64,000 nucleotides of DNA, taken from an uncultured Veillonellaceae bacterium. Its GTDB lineage: Bacteria; Bacillota; Negativicutes; JARBTT01. Below the pieces are notes generated by a model that made no database searches, was not told the DNA's origin, and saw nothing but the letters and a program-made list of their open reading frames with translations. The first letter of the stretch is position 1, and each line of letters starts with the position of its first letter. A program made the translations under genes and the position numbers. The DNA lies in NCBI GenBank assembly GCA_963805085.1, contig CAWDTA010000005.1, forward strand, positions 384,001 through 448,000, written 5' to 3'. Below are positions 11,251-19,901 of the stretch, piece by piece.

Positions 11251-11302
11251 AATTCGCCGTTTGACCCGATACGCAGAACCGTATCATTTATAATAGCGAA
11301 AT
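11251..11302. repeat. ~52-bp imperfect palindrome, copy 2
   Basis: AATTCGCCGTTT-gacc-CGATACG-cagaac-CGTATCA-ttta-TAATAGCGAA. Confidence 0.85.
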
Positions 11303-11665
11303 AGTTCCTGTTAACTTTTGTTAAAATTGGCAGGAACTATTGTGTTGTATGGCAAATATAGATATTATAATAAATAAATCGAAACTATTAAAATGAACAA
11401 TTGGTAAGATGTGACTCGGAAGAGTTTTAAGGCACAAAGGAAAAGAGCAATGTCTTAGGACAACAAAGCTGGTGTGTATTGCAGGGCCAACGGGGACAAA
11501 TTGATTGCCTCGAAGAATCAAGGATGCTATGGTATTAATCCTCTTAATAGGCATGATGAATGAAAAATTCCATGTGCTTATTAAGAGGTTTTCGCTTGCT
11601 TCCTTCGCCTATTATCGATTTGTATTAGCAGGAGTCTCGTACAATTATTTTTTTTTAGGTAATTA

Positions 11666-13093
11666 TTATACTGTAAGTTGTTTTTCTAAAGAAAGTGGAA
11701 TATGCAGTCTAATTGTAGTACCTTCGCCTGGTATACTTGTCAAGTCAATGACACTATCATGCTGCTCGGCAATATATTGTGCAATAGATAGACCGAGACC
11801 GGTTCCGACTGTGAGTTTTGAACGGGATGTATCAACCCAGTAAAAACGGTCAAAAATCTTAGATTGGCATTCTTGTGGTATGCCAATTCCGGTGTCTTGA
11901 GCCGTAATATCTAAGTAAATGCTAGTTCGGTATGAGACGATAGAAATTGTTCCACCGATAGGCGTATATTTGATACTATTTTCGATAAAAATTCGTAACA
12001 GTTGCTTGATAGAGGCAGAATTGGCATAAATAACAGCAGTATCATTTTTACTTAGAAGTATGCAGTGACTTGGGGCGATGAGGCGAGTTTCCTGTACGAC
12101 TTCTTCAATTAGGTTCTTTATATTAAAGTTGACCTTATTCTGAACCTGCTTACTCCGGTCGGCTCGTGCAAAAAAAAGTAACTTTTCAATAAGTTCATGC
12201 ATATTGGCTGCTTCAGATTTTATTGCACTAATTCCTTCATCTAATATATCTGGGTCTTGTTTACCCCAACGGTCTAGCATATTTGCATAGCCAATGATAA
12301 CAGTGACGGGAGTACGAAGTTCATGGGAAGCATCTGCAGCAAAACGTCGCTGTTGTTCAAAGCCTGTCTGAAGCCGATCTAACATATGATTTGTTTTCGC
12401 CAATTTGTGCAGTTCATTATTGTTATTGCTGACATCAATGCGCTTTCCAAGGTCATTAATATCAATCGCTTTAGCAAGGAAAGTTATATCGCGAATGGGT
12501 CGCAAAATGTTGCGGATGATAAATAGGCCTGACAAGATGATAATCAATAGTCCGAGGAGGCTGCTTATTTTCATGATAGTAGATAAACTTTCTAGAAAAT
12601 CTTCTTTTTCCGAGATTATTTTGAGAAAATGCAATTGGTATGTATGTTCATTGTGTTGTACCAATTGTTTTAGGTAATAAAAATGAGTATGGTTCACCGC
12701 GAAGGCTGGTGCTACTTCTTCACGGAGCAAAGTGTTTTCAAGTAGATGAACACCTTCCTGATCGTTCATCTGAAGTTGGTGAGTACTGAGTGTAGAAGGG
12801 GCATTGTCTAGTACCAATGTATTTTGCTCGTCGAAAACCCTGAGGATAATATCGGGTACAAGAATATTTTCATTTAATAAATGTTCATCCAGGGGATGAT
12901 CGGCTACTATGTAACTCATTACATTATTGGCACTCATTTTAAGGTCGTTTGACGCCTGGGAATACAAGATATATTGTACCCACCAGACTGAAATGAAACT
13001 GGTGATGAATAGAATACACAATGAAACTGCTATATAGAGTATTGATAATTTAATCGAATTTGGTAAGGTAATACTCTTAATCTTTGACCACAT
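11666..13093 (-). CDS. Sensor histidine kinase, ArlS/CusS-like (possibly decaying)
   Basis: 2 TM, HAMP, FAADASHELRTP, N/G boxes (GTGLGLSIA); partner regulator is broken. Confidence 0.88.
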   Translation of the reverse strand: MWSKIKSITLPNSIKLSILYIAVSLCILFITSFISVWWVQYILYSQASNDLKMSANNVMSYIVADHPLDEHLLNENILVPDIILRVFDEQNTLVLDNAPSTLSTHQLQMNDQEGVHLLENTLLREEVAPAFAVNHTHFYYLKQLVQHNEHTYQLHFLKIISEKEDFLESLSTIMKISSLLGLLIIILSGLFIIRNILRPIRDITFLAKAIDINDLGKRIDVSNNNNELHKLAKTNHMLDRLQTGFEQQRRFAADASHELRTPVTVIIGYANMLDRWGKQDPDILDEGISAIKSEAANMHELIEKLLFFARADRSKQVQNKVNFNIKNLIEEVVQETRLIAPSHCILLSKNDTAVIYANSASIKQLLRIFIENSIKYTPIGGTISIVSYRTSIYLDITAQDTGIGIPQECQSKIFDRFYWVDTSRSKLTVGTGLGLSIAQYIAEQHDSVIDLTSIPGEGTTIRLHIPLSLEKQLTV

Positions 13094-13476
13094 AGCCTAC
13101 TCCTCTGACCGTATGAATATAATTTTCTTCAAACTGCTCGTCTAGTTTGCTGCGCAAATAGCGAACATAGACATCTACTACATTTGTATTTCCTGTATAT
13201 TCATAACCCCAGGCCTCTTGTAGAATGTGTTCGCGATTGAGCACGATGTGCTAATTGCGGACCAGATATTCGAGGAGGCCATATTCTTTTTTTGTCAATT
13301 CCACGGGCTGTCCGCTGACCTGCGCTTCGTAACGGTTTGGAAATAGGACAAGATTTTTTACGTGTAATTTTCCTTCGTCGGCTATTTGGTGCTTACTCAT
13401 ATTTTTACGAAGTGTTGCACGGATTCGGGCTAGAAGTTCTTGAATGGCGAATGGTTTGGTTAGATAGTCATAAGCT
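13077..13476 (-). pseudogene. OmpR-family response regulator remnant
   Basis: DYLTKPFAIQELLARIR...LTKKEYGLL..RN*H..TNVVDVYVRYLRSKL..IHTVRGVGY; receiver N-terminus missing, internal TAG near 13251. Confidence 0.88.
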
Positions 13477-13632
13477 TTTTTTAATCTAATTCTAATCTTG
13501 AACTAATAATCTTGCAAAAAATAGTGAGGTAATAATAATGCCAAATTTTGTTATCCAGGGACAGATTTTCATATTAGCGTGAATAAAATTGAGGAGAAAA
13601 TGTTGAATATAAAACCTAAAAAATATTTTAAA

Positions 13633-13762
13633 AATAAGCATTCAGTAAAGGTTAACGTGAAATTATTTCCACTAAAACAACCAATACTAGTGACAACAGG
13701 TTTATTGGCTTCTGAAGTAACTATGCTGGAAGCTTACATGATATTGGAGAAGTGGGGATATA
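13633..13762 (+). pseudogene. Probable HD/HD-GYP domain fragment
   Basis: KHSVKV in one frame, then YAGSLHDIGEVGI* in a shifted frame. Confidence 0.4.
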
Positions 13763-13832
13763 GCATAAAGTTCCATAGATAAATATTTTGCAGGAATCAC
13801 GGGACGGTTCTTCACTTAAATACGATTAGAAT

Positions 13833-13886
13833 AATTCGCCGTTAGAGAGGTGATACGCAGAACCATATCATTGGTAACGACGAAAA
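13833..13886. repeat. ~52-bp imperfect palindrome, copy 3
   Basis: AATTCGCCGTTA-gagagg-TGATACG-cagaac-CATATCA-ttgg-TAACGACGAA. Confidence 0.85.
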
Positions 13887-14508
13887 TGCTGAGGCAGTTG
13901 CAAAACTTGTTGCAGAAAACTATGGAGTTGAAACTGATAGTTTTCAAATAGATGTTACTTCTGAAAACTCTGTTAAAGATGTAGTGAGTGCAATTATTAA
14001 AAAATTTGGCAGAATAGATATACTTATAAATAATGCAGGAATTACAAGAGATGCTAGAATAATGATGATGAAAGCAGCAGATTGGGAAGCTATATTAAAG
14101 ACAAACTTAACAGGTGCATTTAATTGTACAAAATTAGTTTCTAAACATATGCTTAAACAAAGATATGGAAAAATTATAAATATGACAAGTGTGGTAGGAA
14201 TCATGGGGAACATTGGACAAGCTAATTATTCAGCTTCAAAAGCAGGTCTTATAGGGTTAACAAAAACAACAGCGAAAGAACTAGCAGCACGGGGAATCAC
14301 AGTCAATGCAATAGCACCCGTATATATAAAATCCGATATGACGGAGGTACTTTCTGATGAAGTATCTAGAAAAATGCTATCATTAATACCGATGGAGGAA
14401 TATGGGACTCCTGAAGATATTGCAAATACAGTATTATTTTTAGTGTCAGATAAAGCAGGATACATTACTGGGCAAGTGATTAATGTAGATGGCGGAATGC
14501 TTATGTAA
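13882..14508 (+). pseudogene. fabG: 5'-truncated 3-oxoacyl-ACP reductase (SDR)
   Basis: NNAGITRD, YSASK, GQVINVDGGM; GxxxGxG absent; coding similarity starts at the end of palindrome copy 3. Confidence 0.82.
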
Positions 14509-14672
14509 ATACTGATTTTATTAGATTAACCTTCCGTTATTCGCAATTTTTGTCCACCAATAAAAGATAATATGAAATGAATTTGAAGCTGTTACATGGA
14601 AGATAGCTGTTTGAATTAATGCTAATTTGCTATGTGGAGACCTAGTATTCTCAATAAAATCAAAGCCTAAAA

Positions 14673-14717
14673 AGTCTAAGCCCTGTTTCAAGCGTTCGAA
14701 TCGCCCCAGACACACTA
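14673..14717 (+). mobile_element. Degenerate tRNA-Arg(UCU) 3' half, att-like site B
   Basis: TCTAAGCC...AAGCG-TTCGAAT-CGCCC-CAGACACACTA; the upstream ~35 bp resembles that of site A; TTTTTGTCCACCAA near 14546. Confidence 0.7.
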
Positions 14718-14867
14718 TTTATCAATCAAGGGGTCTAGCATTTTACTAGAGCCTTTTCTGTTTAAAAAAATAAAAAAAACATGATTTTTGTAATAAAAAA
14801 ACATGTTTCGATTTACTTTCGCTTGCAATCCCCAAGAAATGGATTATAATTAATAATAGGTGGAAAT

Positions 14868-14962
14868 TAAAAAAATCGCCGTGTCCTGAGAGTGTTAGAG
14901 CACTCTCAGGCACGAGCAGGTGTTATGGGCACCTACACGTAACAGCTAGCTGTCTACGACGA
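14868..14962 (-). ncRNA. Candidate antisense sRNA
   Basis: Minus-strand TTGTAA(14997-14992)-17-TATAAT(14974-14969) promoter; ends in the CCTGAGAGTG/CACTCTCAGG hairpin and a T-run. Confidence 0.6.
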
Positions 14963-15074
14963 CAATTTATTATACCGTGCTTTTCTCTTGATTACAAGGG
15001 AGCTGGCTCATTCGGCATAATACGATTGAAGCTTTGGCAGAGGCTTAGCGTCTGCATGCAATCAAAATGAAGCA

Positions 15075-15116
15075 AAGCGCATGTGTAGGTAGGATAACCT
15101 CGCATGCGTTTTTTTT
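15075..15116 (+). terminator. Intrinsic terminator / attenuator
   Basis: AAGCGCATGTG...CGCATGCGTTT stem followed by a T-run; its 5' arm can instead pair with 14931-14940. Confidence 0.75.
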
Positions 15117-15210
15117 AGCTTCCCCTGAAACAAACTGTATGTTGGTTTCTTCTATCTGCATTAGTGGATAGAAGAAACCACGTGCAGGATGATGACGGGG
15201 GGAATATAAA

Positions 15211-15357
15211 TTGTATCAGTACAGGGTAGTAAAAAGTTGTGGTCAAGGCAGCGGAGCAGCATGTGGCGGGGAGCCATCCTCGCCACAACCAATGGGAGAA
15301 TTTCGTTCTATTTACAAGGGACAAGATTTGTTTTCTTGGGAAATAGAGGTTCTGTAA
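15211..15357 (+). CDS. Small hypothetical protein (48 aa)
   Basis: RBS GGGGGGA, TTG start, MYQYRVVKSCGQGSGAACGGEP...WEIEVL; stop abuts the next ATG (TAAATG). Confidence 0.4.
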   Translation: MYQYRVVKSCGQGSGAACGGEPSSPQPMGEFRSIYKGQDLFSWEIEVL

Positions 15358-15632
15358 ATGTATAAAATCTATAAAATGACAAAAGACCTAATTGTGGCTG
15401 AGGAAGTAGAGAACGCTGATTTTACAGTTAAATTGCTTTTAGATATGGATAAGAAAGAATATGTGATGGTCAAGCGGAAGTTAATATATATAATCTATTA
15501 CTAGTTGGTCAAGTCAATGAAATAGCTGACGACATTTCATTCGAAGAGTATAGAGACATTATCTATGCGAAATTGGACCAGGAATTATTAGATATGGGAA
15601 TAAAACCAAGGAGGATGGCCGATAAGTATTGA
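15358..15632 (+). pseudogene. Frameshifted small acidic hypothetical protein (~90 aa)
   Basis: MYKIYKMTKDLIVAEEVENADF.. continues in a shifted frame as ICDGQAEVNIY..FEEYRDIIYAKLDQELLDMGIKPRRMADKY*. Confidence 0.4.
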
Positions 15633-15671
15633 TGGAGTTTAATGGTAAAATTAATAGATAGACTATAAATC

Positions 15672-15729
15672 ATAAAAGGCAAATGCCTGCTAAATTTTGT
15701 GTGAATTTGGCAGGCATTTGCCTTTTATG
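15672..15729. terminator. Long bidirectional hairpin terminator
   Basis: CATAAAAGGCAAATGCCTGC / GCAGGCATTTGCCTTTTATG arms. Confidence 0.7.
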
Positions 15730-15919
15730 AGAATTGATGAATATTTATTGGAATTTGTGAAAAATATTATATGGTATCGAATCTCGTGGCTTTCGTGATC
15801 TTGATTTTTATAATTAATGCATGACATTGCATGGAGTGGAGAACATAAACGTTGATTATTAGTAGCGGTATAGTATAAAATAAATGTATTATAAAGTTTG
15901 TTATAAGGGGTATTTGTTT

Positions 15920-18900
15920 ATGATTCAAACTACGAATCGTCAAGTGACAATTCAATCGTTAAAGGGGAAGCTTTTAGCTGCTTATGAATATTTAATAGAA
16001 CATAGTGATCAAGAAAATGCTGAAAAAGTTAAGCAATTAGCAGGTAAATTAGTAAATGAGGAATTTACTATTGCCTTTTGTGGACATTTTTCTGCAGGAA
16101 AATCGAAGATGATCAATCGCTTGGTGGGGGAGAATTTACTGCCGTCAAGTCCGATTCCAACGAGTGCTAATCTTGTAAAAGTTAAAGCGGGAGAAGAGTA
16201 TGCAAAGGTGGTTTTTAAAAGTGGAAAACCTCGCTTATATCTCGCTCCCTATGATTATAAAATGGTAAAAAACTATTGCAAAGATGGGGATCAAATCAAG
16301 GAAATTGAGCTTAGCCATGCAGATTCCCAGTTGCCAAGTCAGACTGTTATTATGGATACGCCCGGTATTGATTCTGCCGATGATGCGCATCGTATTGCCA
16401 CGGAATCCGCGATTCACCTTGCTGATTTGATTTTTTATGTAATGGACTACAACCATGTGCAATCAGAACTCAATTTTATGTTTACAAAAGAGTTAACAGA
16501 GGCCGGCAAAGAAGTTTATCTTGTGATTAACCAAATTGATAAGCATTCTGAGCAGGAGCTTTCTTTTGCAAAATTTAAAACAAGTGTGGTTGAATCCTTC
16601 TCCTCATGGGGCGTTAAACCGGCTAATGTTTTTTATACTTCTTTAAAAATAGATGATCACGAATATAATCAATTTCCAGAGCTGCAGGACTTTTTGGCAG
16701 AAAGGTTAAAGGAAAAAGATAGCTTACTCCTTCAATCTATTTTTCATTCCCTGCAAAAAATTATCAAAGATCATTTGGCTTTAACAAAGAAAAAATGTGA
16801 ATTCGAACTGGAACCTTTCAAGGATATTTTGAATGAATTATCGATTAAGGAGCAGGAAGCGCTAGCAGATACTTATAGCAGTCTGAGTGAAGAGAAAAAC
16901 GCTTTAGTCGAAGGTAGCGAAAAGGCAGAAAAGGAATTTGATTCCGAGGTCAATAAAATCATGTCGAATGCCTATTTATTGCCTTTTGAAATCAGGGCGT
17001 TAGCGGAGTCTTATCTTGCATCCTGTCAGCCTAAATTTAAGGTTGGACTCTTATTTACAAAACAAAAAACTTTAGCAGAGAGACAGGAAAGACTGAATCT
17101 CTTTTACCAGCCTATGCTCGAAAAAACAAAATCACAGCTAGAGTGGCATCTTCGTGATTTTCTGATAAGATTTTTGAAAGAGAAGCGGGTCGAAAGTAAA
17201 GAGCTGCTTGCCAAAATCCAGAGCTTTAATGTGAATTTTTCAAGCGAATTATTAGAAGCCGCTTTAAAAACGGGAGCACATTTATCAGGCGAGTATGTTT
17301 TAAATTATACTGCTGATGTGGCAAATGAAATTAAACGCCTTGCGCAAAGTATTTTAGCTGGGCTTAAGATCGAAATACTACATGCTATACATGATAAAAA
17401 TACAGCTATCCAAGCAAGAATAGCACAAAAATCAGAAGGCTTAAAGCGCTATATCATCGCACTTGAGCAGGTGAAAAAATATGAATTGGGCGCCAGTCTT
17501 GCGCAAACGAAGCTCGAAACGCTGATTAGTGAAACAAATGGAGTGACAGATGACCGCTTTCATTTGTTTGAACTAGAAGAAGAGGAAGTTGAGATAGTTT
17601 ACGGGGAGAACGGGCATGTAGCGCAGGTACAGAAAAAAACAATCGCGCCACGGAACGAGCCGATCTTAAAAGAAAGAAATCCATTAGCCGTAGAATCTTC
17701 AGACCGGATGAAACATACAGCTGAAAAATTGAAGAAGACCGCACAGCTTGTTCAGGGCTTGCCAGGCTTTAAAAAGCTTGCAAGCGAACTGAAGGAAAAA
17801 GCGGAAAGATTAGATCATAAAGGTTTTTCTGTTGCATTATTTGGGGCGTTTAGTGCCGGTAAATCTTCTTTTGCTAATGCGTTACTCGGAGAAAGGGTTT
17901 TACCTGTTTCACCTAACCCAATGACAGCGGCGATCAACAAAATTAGACCGATCAATGCATCGTATCAGCATGGGACTGTTATCGTTAAGGTTAAAGAGGA
18001 ACGGGCGATGCTCGAAGATGTAAATAATGCCTTAAAAATATTTGAGTTTGATGCGGAGAGCTTAGTCGATGCAATCGCAAAAGTAGAAAAATTGAGTGGT
18101 GATTTGGGACAACAAGGTGCAATCGAAAAGACAAATTATACTTTTTTACAGGCGTTTACACGCGGATATGTTGCCTTTAGCCAACAGTTAGGTAAAACAC
18201 TCCAAACAACGATTGCTGAGTTTAGTGATTATGTTGCGCTGGAAGAAAAGTCTTGTTTTGTCGAATGGATTGATCTTTATTATGATTGCCCGTTAACCCG
18301 TAAAGGAATTACGCTAGTCGATACCCCGGGGGCGGATTCAATTAATGCCCGTCATACCGGAGTAGCCTTTGACTTTATTAAAAATTCGGATGCTATTTTG
18401 TTTGTGACCTACTATAATCATGCATTTTCAAAGGCAGATCGGGAGTTTCTAATTCAATTGGGGCGTGTAAAGGATTCATTTCAATTAGATAAAATGTTTT
18501 TTATTATCAATGCAATTGATTTAGCCGATAACGAGGAAGAAAAGGAAACCGTTGTTTCATATGTCCATGAGCATCTAATAAAATACGGAGTCAAAAATCC
18601 GCATTTATATTCACTGTCAAGCTTACATGCACTGAAAGAAAAGGAGGAAAAGATAGCATTTCCTGTTTCAGGTATGCTATCTTTTGAGGAGTCTTTTTAT
18701 CATTTTATTACCAATGATTTGGCGAATATGGCGGCTCAAGCATCCGAAAATGAACTGAACCGTGTTTCTCACTTAGTAGACAAGCTCGTTGATAGTACTA
18801 GAGAAGATGCTACGGTTAAGCAGCAAAAACGGGCAAACATCGAGGCAGAGAAAGCAAGTATAAACGCAATTCTTATGCAGCAGACAGCACAAAATTTAAA

Positions 18901-19576
18901 AAATCACTTAAATCAGGAAACAGAAGAATTAATTTATTATATAAAACAGCGGGTTTTCCTGCGTTTTAATGATTTCTTTAAAGAAGCATTCAATCCTACC
19001 GTGTTACGCGAGGATGGTCGTAACCTGAAAAAAGTTTTGCAGCATGCACTGAGCGAATTACTCGAACAAATCGGGTTTGACTTTGCGCAGGAAATGAGAG
19101 CAACGACGGTGAGGCTAGATCGCTTTGCTGAAAAAGTAACAGCAGAGTATCAGATAGCGCTTGTCGAAATGCTTCGTGAGATGAATCAGGATTTATCTTT
19201 TTCTGTTTTTGAATTTAAGGATAAAGAGCAAATTGATTTTGAAGTAGCTTTTAAAGATATTCAGTATGGATTATTTGCTAAAGCGATGGCTTATTTTAAA
19301 AATCCAAAAGCATTTTTTGAAAAAAATGAAAGTAAGTTAATGAGTGATGAGCTTCGTCGTGTGTTTAACACATTAGCAGATGTGTATTTACAGAATGAAC
19401 AAAAACGGATAGAGGCTTTATATGAAAATGTCATGGAGGGCGAGTTTGGCGAGCTTATTTTGCAAATGACGGAGCAGACGGATGACTTTTATTTAAGTTT
19501 ACTCTCAGCCTTAGATGGTGGGGTTCCAGCTGAAAAGTTAATGGAGATCCAGCAAAGCTTAGCAGAAATGATATAA
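15920..19576 (+). CDS. dynA: Bacterial dynamin-like protein with two fused GTPase domains (DynA/YpbR type)
   Basis: GHFSAGKS..DTPG..NQID and GAFSAGKS..DTPG..NAID; ~1220 aa. Confidence 0.9.
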   Translation: MIQTTNRQVTIQSLKGKLLAAYEYLIEHSDQENAEKVKQLAGKLVNEEFTIAFCGHFSAGKSKMINRLVGENLLPSSPIPTSANLVKVKAGEEYAKVVFKSGKPRLYLAPYDYKMVKNYCKDGDQIKEIELSHADSQLPSQTVIMDTPGIDSADDAHRIATESAIHLADLIFYVMDYNHVQSELNFMFTKELTEAGKEVYLVINQIDKHSEQELSFAKFKTSVVESFSSWGVKPANVFYTSLKIDDHEYNQFPELQDFLAERLKEKDSLLLQSIFHSLQKIIKDHLALTKKKCEFELEPFKDILNELSIKEQEALADTYSSLSEEKNALVEGSEKAEKEFDSEVNKIMSNAYLLPFEIRALAESYLASCQPKFKVGLLFTKQKTLAERQERLNLFYQPMLEKTKSQLEWHLRDFLIRFLKEKRVESKELLAKIQSFNVNFSSELLEAALKTGAHLSGEYVLNYTADVANEIKRLAQSILAGLKIEILHAIHDKNTAIQARIAQKSEGLKRYIIALEQVKKYELGASLAQTKLETLISETNGVTDDRFHLFELEEEEVEIVYGENGHVAQVQKKTIAPRNEPILKERNPLAVESSDRMKHTAEKLKKTAQLVQGLPGFKKLASELKEKAERLDHKGFSVALFGAFSAGKSSFANALLGERVLPVSPNPMTAAINKIRPINASYQHGTVIVKVKEERAMLEDVNNALKIFEFDAESLVDAIAKVEKLSGDLGQQGAIEKTNYTFLQAFTRGYVAFSQQLGKTLQTTIAEFSDYVALEEKSCFVEWIDLYYDCPLTRKGITLVDTPGADSINARHTGVAFDFIKNSDAILFVTYYNHAFSKADREFLIQLGRVKDSFQLDKMFFIINAIDLADNEEEKETVVSYVHEHLIKYGVKNPHLYSLSSLHALKEKEEKIAFPVSGMLSFEESFYHFITNDLANMAAQASENELNRVSHLVDKLVDSTREDATVKQQKRANIEAEKASINAILMQQTAQNLKNHLNQETEELIYYIKQRVFLRFNDFFKEAFNPTVLREDGRNLKKVLQHALSELLEQIGFDFAQEMRATTVRLDRFAEKVTAEYQIALVEMLREMNQDLSFSVFEFKDKEQIDFEVAFKDIQYGLFAKAMAYFKNPKAFFEKNESKLMSDELRRVFNTLADVYLQNEQKRIEALYENVMEGEFGELILQMTEQTDDFYLSLLSALDGGVPAEKLMEIQQSLAEMI

Positions 19577-19618
19577 AAGATGAAAGCGGGAATGACCGAT
19601 TTTGCCAAGATTTTTATT

Positions 19619-19663
19619 CTTCTAAGCAGTGTGTCGAGTATTCAAATCACCTCAAGCGAACCA
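19619..19663 (+). mobile_element. Degenerate tRNA-Arg(UCU) 3' half, att-like site C
   Basis: CTTCTAAGCAGTGTGTCGAGTATTCAAATCACCTCAAGCGAACCA; the downstream ~100 bp aligns with that of site A. Confidence 0.72.
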
Positions 19664-19901
19664 TTTGAAATCAAGGGTTCAGCATCTTGCTAGAACCTTT
19701 TTGTTATTGGTGGACAAAAAATAAAGAAAAATGTTGGAACACAGAGGCAGCCCCCTTTTTTGTTTATTTCATTTAAGATGGGATAGAAAGGCTGAGGGAT
19801 TGGAAAACAAAACATCTGCTTCGTGATGATTATGGTTATGTTGGGTCCTGTAACAAGATTTGGACAATTAACATAAAATAATCTGAAGAGATGTAAGAGA
19901 G

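Noticed and set aside
5451-13886. Palindrome repeats as a CRISPR array or integron attC sites
   Set aside because: Copies are kilobases apart with no cas genes; GTTRRRY is intact only in copy 1 and comes first, the opposite of attC order; no intI seen
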